From assembly GCF_009914755.1 (NCBI RefSeq), contig NC_060933.1: a stretch of DNA of 64,000 nt; one strand, 5' to 3'. Positions 55,927-64,000 of the stretch are shown here, piece after piece. The notes under the pieces are model-generated. The model had not been told where the DNA came from and searched no databases. It was given only the letters and a program-made list of their open reading frames with translations. The stretch's first letter is position 1. The number at the start of each line of letters is the position of its first letter. The translations under genes and the position numbers were made by a program. Origin of the DNA: the human T2T-CHM13v2.0 reference genome, Homo sapiens.

Positions 55927-58900
55927 GCATTTATGTTAATTCTGCTACATCATTCCTGTTAGACCATCTCTCTCCGTTTTGTTTTCCTAGGATAGTCCAT
56001 TGCTTGTATTAAAATCATTTCTAGGTATAAACTTTATTCTCAGTAAAACCTTGAAAATGTGAATATACTTGGCATTTTTACTTCATCAATATGTAGGAAA
56101 ATTCTGTACAAAGCCAAAATTCTTCTTTTGATTGCCCTCATAACATAGGAAAAAAAGATGGAAATATAAATATTTTATATGAAAACTAAAATTTTCTGAT
56201 ATGGCCTCAAGGCATGTTGGTCAGCCTCATCCCTTTCACAAACTGGCATCAGTGACTGTTACTCTCAGTTTCCTTCCTTGTTTCCTCACATATACTCTCC
56301 CTATTCCTCCCCCAAAATCATTACTTCTAGTTAAAATAGATCTTTCTTTCCATTTTTCATTCTTGTCACCATTTTCAGGAAAGAGCTATTACCCCTTTCT
56401 TTGATCAAAGGCAACTCCCCAAGTACAATGTTTTTTTCTTGCCTGAGGAAGGTTATTTTTTCATGTTGGAAAGAAATGAAAGATTAGAAACCAAACCACA
56501 CACAAACTTGCACACTGCAGTCACCAAGGAGGTAATTTTCCACCATTACTTCAGACAAATGCGTGTGTGCATTTTTAATCTAGTCTGACCTCAGAGCCTC
56601 TAAATAGATGAAGAAATACTTGTGTAATTGAAAAAAAAACTGTTCTCTCAGCCATTATTCAAAGGACACTAACTCAAATAACAAATCTTAAAGCTCTTTA
56701 AAATGTAAAAACATTTTCTTGGTGGAACATCAAATGATAGCTTATTCACATTAAAATCCATAATTACAACAAGCCCCAGTGAACAGATCTGGCTATTTTT
56801 CATTGAAAACAAAAAAGTATAACAATCATAGAACACCTGAATTTATTGGCTTTAATTAAGCGTGTTTGTTCTAAACTGATGTAATTTAGGAACAATCCAT
56901 AGAAAAGAAAATATATTGTATATTCAGTACTGATTTGCCTGTCCATATTAGAATATTTACAGTCTAGTGAAAATTAGCCTGATGTTACATACAGAAAAGT
57001 ATAAAACCTCTAATAACATTATTTTTTTTCATTTAAAGGCAAAGGTTTAAAATAAACTTTATATATTATAAAGTCAGCTAAAGTTATTTTTATTTCTCTT
57101 AACTAAATACATTGAGATTTTAGAAGCAAAAATATAAATTTCTGAAATTGTATACATTATCAAAACAATTTCACTGAAGAATGGGGTTTAGATCAGGAAT
57201 CAGAGTGATTCTAAGAAGCCTATTGATTACTTTCCTCCACATATTATAAGTAACTAATAATCTATTTTTGCTACGTTTGAAATATTAAACTAATATTAAA
57301 CATAACTGAACCAACTCAATGGATGAACTCTAGCATTGAGGTAGGTCTATGTAACATATTTGTGATTATAGCAATAAAAGAAATGCATTTCAATTTTTTT
57401 CAGTTTCTACTATATACTAGCTATGGATTAGCTTTGTAGTAGTAAGTTGAAGAATGGGAAGCAGAAATAGAGTTGAAAAGATAAATGAGATTTATTAAGT
57501 CCATGCTGTGGACTAGGTGTATGATGGACTTTCTGTACATATTTATTTATACAAGAATCTTATAAATTAAAAATTATCCTCACTTAATATATAAGAAAAT
57601 TGAGACTCAGACAAGTAAAATAACTCATTCAAGGTTACATAAGTGGGTTTTCAATCCTTATTTGTCTAGTTCCAGTGTCCATGACCTGGCTCTCTGGAAT
57701 GGAAACAAACTGAGGAAGAGAAAAAGTAAAATAAGCAGTGAAGGCAGAAATTGCTAAACTCCGTAGTGCTATCAGGGGCACATGGGCATCTTCCTGGAAC
57801 TCGCACTACGAGAGTATAGCCCTCTCCCTACATCAACACCATTTCTTCGTGGTGAGCTATAGAGAAATTTAGAAGGCAAGACCTCAACTGCCTAAGTGGA
57901 CATAAATGTAAAATTTTTAGGTCTTGTGCAGGTCCTGACTCAGAGTGAAGAACGTGAAGCCCTTTCTGCCTCAGGTGAGGAACCTAAATGGATGTCAAAT
58001 AAACTCAGTAATCAAGGTAAATGATAATGTAATATTTTATTAAATCAAAATTAATGCAGGAAATACGTGATGAACAACATATTAACATTTTAAATAAAGA
58101 CAAAATATTACTGAGGTTTCTTTTGCTTCATGCTTCCATGTGGCTTGGCAATGGTGCTGTGTTGTTACTGATCCTATCAGACCACTGAGCATCTGCTAGA
58201 GATGGTAACAATAGAGTCAAAGGGTGAGTCAAAGAGTGCATGCATTTAAAATTCAGATAATAATCATATTTAATGACTACAGCTTGAGGTTTTAAAATTT
58301 CTTCATATCTGTAGGTGTAGTATCTTTATCTATTTTAAAAATTTTCTTCTTTCTTTCTACTTTTCTTGGAAATTGTCAAAAGTGTATTGTATTAGCGTTT
58401 TCAGATATCATACATTGAAAATATTTATCCTATTTTTTGTTTTTATTTAATAATTTTATGTTCATCAATTCCACCTATATCTTTTCTGCTAGTTAGTCTA
58501 CACATTAGTTTTCAACTAGAAGTCGTTTTTTAAATGTCCAAGTCCTCTCACATTTTGTATGTGTATTATAGTTTTTCATATTCTATTTGTGTTGAAAACT
58601 CTTATTCCAAGAGCCTTTACTCAGTAATACTGGATGATGGATAAATTGTGTTGTGGGTGTTCCCATGGATTTTTTTTTGCATGTGTGAGTTTCCTATTCC
58701 TCTGGGGGGAGTGTAGCTATGTATGTTAATAAATGAAAATGATTCAAGTCATTATAAACAAGATAACATGTGAAGAGTGCAGGCAATGATATCTTGAAAA
58801 AGAATAATTGGCACTGACATTGATAACTCAAATTGGAATAAAAGAGAATTAAACGTTCACTATCATGTAGTGATTCCTTAAATTAAGGAAGGATTTGGAT

Positions 58901-59910
58901 GTAGATTTATAGAGGAAACATGTTACCAGGACATTCTTAAGAAAATAAAAGGATGGCTAAAAAAATTATGTAAAACCTGAAGGGTCATTCAATCAACAAA
59001 TAGACATAAGAGAACTCAGATAACATCACCCCAAAAATCTAGCCAAAGAATGTGCCAAAATAAGGAGAAAGTAAAAAGAGACATTTTATGAAATGACAGA
59101 TGAACAATAAGTCCTATAAATACAGCACATAGATTAAGCAACTAAAGAAAACTTCTTGCAGACTATAGAAATAAAGGCATAAATTTTAGTAAAACAAGAA
59201 TAATGCAATTTACAAAACTCCAGAGGTTGCAGAAGAGAATTAAAAAAAACTGTCCTCACATAACCTCTTATAAAAAGATGTAGACTGGAGCAGTCTAAAA
59301 GTAAAATCTGAAGGTAAAATAGAAACCACAGGAACTTCTACCAGTAACTGCAGATTTGTAATTGATATCAACTCTCCCATGGAACACAACAACAAAATTT
59401 TCTTTGAGACACTAAGTGTTAACAAAGCCATGGAAAATTGCAAAACCCAGATCCAAGAGATGAGCTTGGCATTGAGCATCACTTTTCAGCTCAAGATTTT
59501 TACTGATTCTAGGAAGTTAAAAAATACATTGCAAAACTAAGGAATACTTTTGGCAGTGAAATGCATGTAACTGTGAGAGTGCAAGGGAATGTGGTGGGGA
59601 GGATTGGAGCACAGTACCCTCCAGGCTTTGAGTTGGAGACAAGGACTACATTCGATAAAGACCAGCCCACTCAGGGACATAAACCTAGTGTCTGATTATC
59701 TGTACACTTATGGATGCATTAAAGTAACCTGCTAGTGTCCTTAGCTTACTGCAAAGAGCAAATGTAATTCCTCTCTAGAGAATGTTAACATTTCCAGGGC
59801 CTCAAATTACTCTCAGTTTTTCATACATAATGCCTAGTACTCAATTTAAAAATACATGTAAATAAATACATGACGAGATATGATGAAGAAATTATTGAAA
59901 AAAATGAGGA

Positions 59911-60574
59911 TGATGTGGTTTGGCACTCTTTCCCTGCCCAAATCTCATCTTTAATTGTAATCTCCACGTGTTGAAGGAGGGACTTGGTGGCAGGTAATTG
60001 GATCATGGGGGTGGTTTCCTCCATGCTATCCCGTGATAGTGAGGGAGTTGTCATGAGATCTGATGGTTTTTAAAGTGGCAGATTTGTCCAGTGCAATGGA
60101 TCACACCTGTAATCCCAGCACTTAGGGAGGCTGAGGTGGGTGGATCACTTCAGATCAGGAGTTCAAAACCCACTGGCCAACATGGCAAAACCCCATCACT
60201 ACTAAAAATACAAAAAAATTAGCTGGGTATAGTGGCACACATCTGTAATCTCAGCTACTCAGGAGGTTGAGACAGGGGAATCACTTGAACCTGGGAGGTG
60301 GAGGTTGCAGTGAGCCGAGATCACACCACTGCACTCCAGTATGGGCTACACAGCAAGACTCTGTCTTAAAAAAAAAAAAGTGGCAGTTTTTCCTGCTCTC
60401 TCTCCTGCTGCCATGTAAGATGTGCATTGCTTCTCCTTTATCTTTTGTCATGATTGTATGTTTCCTGAGAACTCCCCAGCCATGCAGATCTGTGAATCAA
60501 GAATATCATTTTTATTTATAAATTACCCAGTCTCAGTTAGTATCTTTGTAGTAATTTGAAAACTGACTAATACA
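59911..60574 (+). mobile_element. MST (MaLR) LTR with a nested Alu at 60086-60378
   Basis: TGATGTGGTTTGG..CCCAAATCTCATC start and ATAAATTACCCAGTCTCAG..GACTAATACA end. The Alu is flanked by a duplicated AAAGTGGCAG. Confidence 0.85.
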
Positions 60575-60663
60575 ACAGACATATAAGAGAAAAATCAACA
60601 ACAAAAAAAAAGTTTTGCCTGGAAAAAAATAATGAACCTCTTTATAATTGAATAATTATAGTA

Positions 60664-60985
60664 CAGGTGTTCCTCAACTTATGATAGGGTTACATCCTGA
60701 TAAACCCAATGTAATTGAAAATATCATAAGTAGAAAATGCATTTAGTATACCCAACCTGCCAAACATCATCGGTTAGCCTAATCTACCTTAAACATGCTC
60801 AGTGCACTAACATTAGCCTACAGTTGGGAAAAATTATCTAACAGAAAGCCTACTTTATCAGAAAGTGTTGAATCTCTCATGTAGTGTATTGAATATGGTA
60901 CATTATTTTGAAATTGTGATTGTTTTGAAGTATTGTAAAGTCAAAAAATTGTAAGTCAAACCATCATTAAGTCAAGGACTCTCCG
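60664..60985. mobile_element. MER47-like Tigger-family DNA transposon (MITE)
   Basis: TA|CAGGTGTTCCTCAACTTATGAT...ATCATTAAGTCAAGGACTCTCCG|TA, an imperfect TIR with a TA TSD. Confidence 0.75.
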
Positions 60986-61894
60986 TATATTTAAATTCTT
61001 TTATACAGACACACACACACATACACACACATACATACACACGGAGAAAGAGGGGAAGAGAGTGACAGAAAGATAAACAGTTAGACAGAAAGAAAGACCA
61101 GAAATTACCAGTGTGAGAAATTAATAAAGGAGAGGACATCACTACAGTTTCTATAGACATCAAAACAAGTATAAAAGATTTATAGTGGCCCCAGCTAGTG
61201 GGATAAGGCAATTAAAAGAAGTTAAATTTGTAAATGTTGAAAAGGAAAGTAAATGCTATTTTGGAGATGGCATGGCTATGTACAAATATCAAAAATTATC
61301 TACAAACAATTAGAAATAAAAGCCAGTTTGGTAAGGTGACTGGATTTATAACAAATGCACAAAAAGCAAAAATCAATTGTATACCTATTACAATTTTGTT
61401 TGATAAAGTAGAAATAATTCATCACAAACAAGGACAGAAAAGAAAGGGAATAAACACATCCTTAAATTGTGTACCCTAGATGCCTCTCTTGCTTCACCCA
61501 AGGCTCAGTCCTGATGAAAATGGCTCATTATTTGTTAGAGAAATTTAAATTAAAACTGTAATGACATACCATTCTACACATACTAGTTTGTCTAGTTTGT
61601 CTAACATTAAAAGACTAACAATAACGATTACAAATGAAGATACAGAACAAGGGAAATTCTCATAGACTGTTGGAGAAAAAGTAAATGGATGCAGCTACTC
61701 GCTTACATATTTATACCACAAGATACAAGCAAGGATGTACATAGCAGCATTATTTGTTTAAAAAAAGACGAATTTTTAAAATTGCATGTTGAATATTATT
61801 CAGCAATGAAAATGAACAAATTAGAACTACATGTAACAACATAGGTCAAACTCACAATGCATAATGTTAAGCAGTAAAAGAAAATAAATGAGTG

Positions 61895-62271
61895 TGTACT
61901 TGTTTCCTGGGGCTGTTGTAACAACTTATCACAAACTTAGTGATTTTAAACAAGATAAATTCATTCTCTCTCAGTTAGAGAGACCAGAAGTACAACATTT
62001 GTTTCACTGACCTAAAGTCAAGATGGCAGAAGGGCTGTATTCTCAATGGAGACTCCAAAAGATAATCCATTCATGGCCTCTTCCATCCTGTGGGTCTTCC
62101 TCTATTTTCAAAGCCAGCATCACAGCATCTTCAAACTTCTCTGTTTCTATTGTCCCATTGCCTTCTGCTCCCTCTGTCTCCTTTTTACAAGGACACTTGT
62201 GATGGCATTTAGGGCTCACTCAGATAAGCCAGGATGATCTCCTCTCAAATTTCTTTTTTCTTTCTTCTTCT

Positions 62272-62312
<41 letters not shown>

Positions 62313-62702
62313 AGACAGAGTCTTGCTCTGCCACCCAGGCTGGAGTGCAATGGTGCGATCTTGGCTTACTGCAACCTCTGCCTCCTGTGTTCAAGTGATT
62401 CTCCCTGCCTCAGGCTCTCAAGTAGCTGGGATTACAGGTGCCACCACCACCACACCCAGCTAACTTTTGTATTTTTGGCAGATACGGGCTTTTCACCATG
62501 TTGACCAGGCTGGTCTCGAACTCCTGACCTCAGGTGAATCCACCTGCCTCGGCCTTTCAAAGTGCTGGGATTACAGACATGAGCCACTGCGCCTGGCCTC
62601 AAATATCTTAAATACATCTGCAAATGCCCTACTTCAAATAAAGTCAGGCTCCATGGATTAAGACTTGGACATGCCTTTCAGAGGCATTATTGGCCTACCA
62701 CA
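61895..62702 (-). mobile_element. MLT1 LTR with a nested minus-strand Alu at ~62251-62598
   Basis: TGTACTTGTTTCCTGGGGCTGTTGTAACAA...CCTACCACA, with a perfect TSD GAGTG at 61890 and 62703. Confidence 0.8.
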
Positions 62703-64000
62703 GAGTGGGTATATAAATATCAAAACATTAAGAAAAGTAAACTCCAAATAGTGGGTATCTTTGAAGACAAATCAAGGAGTAGTAATCTATTTTGCAAAAA
62801 AAAAAGTTATTCTGAGTGGTAGTTGTGGAGGTGTTTGTTTTGTGATAATTCCCTAATGTGTATATATTTTCTTAGGATTTGACATTACATATATGTGTTT
62901 ATGCATAAATTATTCATAGACATACATGTAATTAAAATTTAAGAAATAAATTATAATGATGCAATCTTCTAATGTTTTTTAAATTTTTTTAAAAAATGTG
63001 ACCTTTTAGGAAATAATGCAGTCACATAGATAAATTTAATACTTCCAATTAAAAAAGCAGATATAGTATTCTTTTATCATAAAATTATTTTTTATCTATT
63101 CTGCTAGCTCTCTCTCTCACTATACATATAGTTATGTATCTTACATCTATATCCAAACTTTTTGGAGTATGAAATTTGAAACACATATAACTATTTTACA
63201 GCTATTATAATAATTGTATGTGCTTATTCCTTTTAAACTTGAAAAATATCAAAAAGTGCAAAGAAGAAACAAAAAAAAATCACCCAAATGAATACCACCA
63301 ACAGTTAACATTGGTTGTTTCTGAAAATTTGGGGTGATTTATTTTGTTTTCTTTGTACTCTTTGGCATGAAGTATTTTTATAAAATAAGCAAAGTCATTA
63401 TTATAAAAATCCCTGAATAAAACCTATGTAGAAATTGTAATAATGAAGATAACAAAGAGAGGAATCACTGCTTACATAGCCATTTATTTAGTGCTTCCCA
63501 TCTACTATGCATTATTCAGTGCGTATTACATTTTGTTTTTCATTATCACAATAATTTTGCAAGATATATACACATATATAAAACAGAATATTGTGTCTGT
63601 ATTTATTATAGATGATAAAACAGAGGTGTTTTGTGAGTTTAAGAGACAGCCAGCAAACAATATTGCTGCGTTATGGTACCCAAGAGTTCTGGCTTCAGTG
63701 TGAAAAAAAATATTCAATGTTTTCCACCGCCATTCAGGATGATTCTAATTCAATTATGACTGAATCAGATGGATGTATTGACAATTCAGAAGTGCAGATT
63801 GTTCAATGAAACCATGTATGTGTGCGTGCTTGTTTTCTCCTCAAATCTTGCTCCCCTTCCTCATTCTTTCAACCATCACCTAACACCTCCCTCAAAACAC
63901 ACAATACACACAAACACAACTAATGCCTTGAGAGCTGAGGCCATAGCTGACACATATTTCAACACCAGAGTGTAGCACAGAATCTAGAACTAAAAGTTTC

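Overview
This is primate (human-like) pericentromeric or acrocentric short-arm DNA, and I can support no intact protein-coding or RNA gene in it. From left to right it contains: (1) the edge of a GC-rich SST1/NBL2 (MER22) macrosatellite at 1-~4967, where a 1.41-kb unit is followed by a 2.45-kb unit and a truncated third unit; (2) divergent monomeric ~171-bp alpha satellite with no CENP-B box seen, at ~4968-8870 and ~13146-23618; (3) between those blocks, about 1.7 copies of a much older ~2.5-kb SST1-related repeat. An AluY and a 5'-inverted L1PA insertion interrupt the second alpha block. (4) At ~23619 the sequence switches abruptly to euchromatic-type DNA, Alu-dense to ~32.5 kb and then AT-rich, with old L1M, MER57/MER4, THE1/MST/MLT1, an ERVL pol remnant, MER47 and a 2.2-kb L1PA. 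The ORFs with recognisable protein similarity are L1 ORF2 and ERVL integrase remnants; the rest look like chance frames in repeats. I found no evidence of a new biological system. The best leads are the long-to-short SST1 transition, an NRF1/CCAAT/TATA-like module in SST1, the fossil SST1 dimer, and a shared breakpoint phase in the alpha monomer. Repeat family names come from my recall of consensus sequences, not from a database search, and boundaries are approximate.
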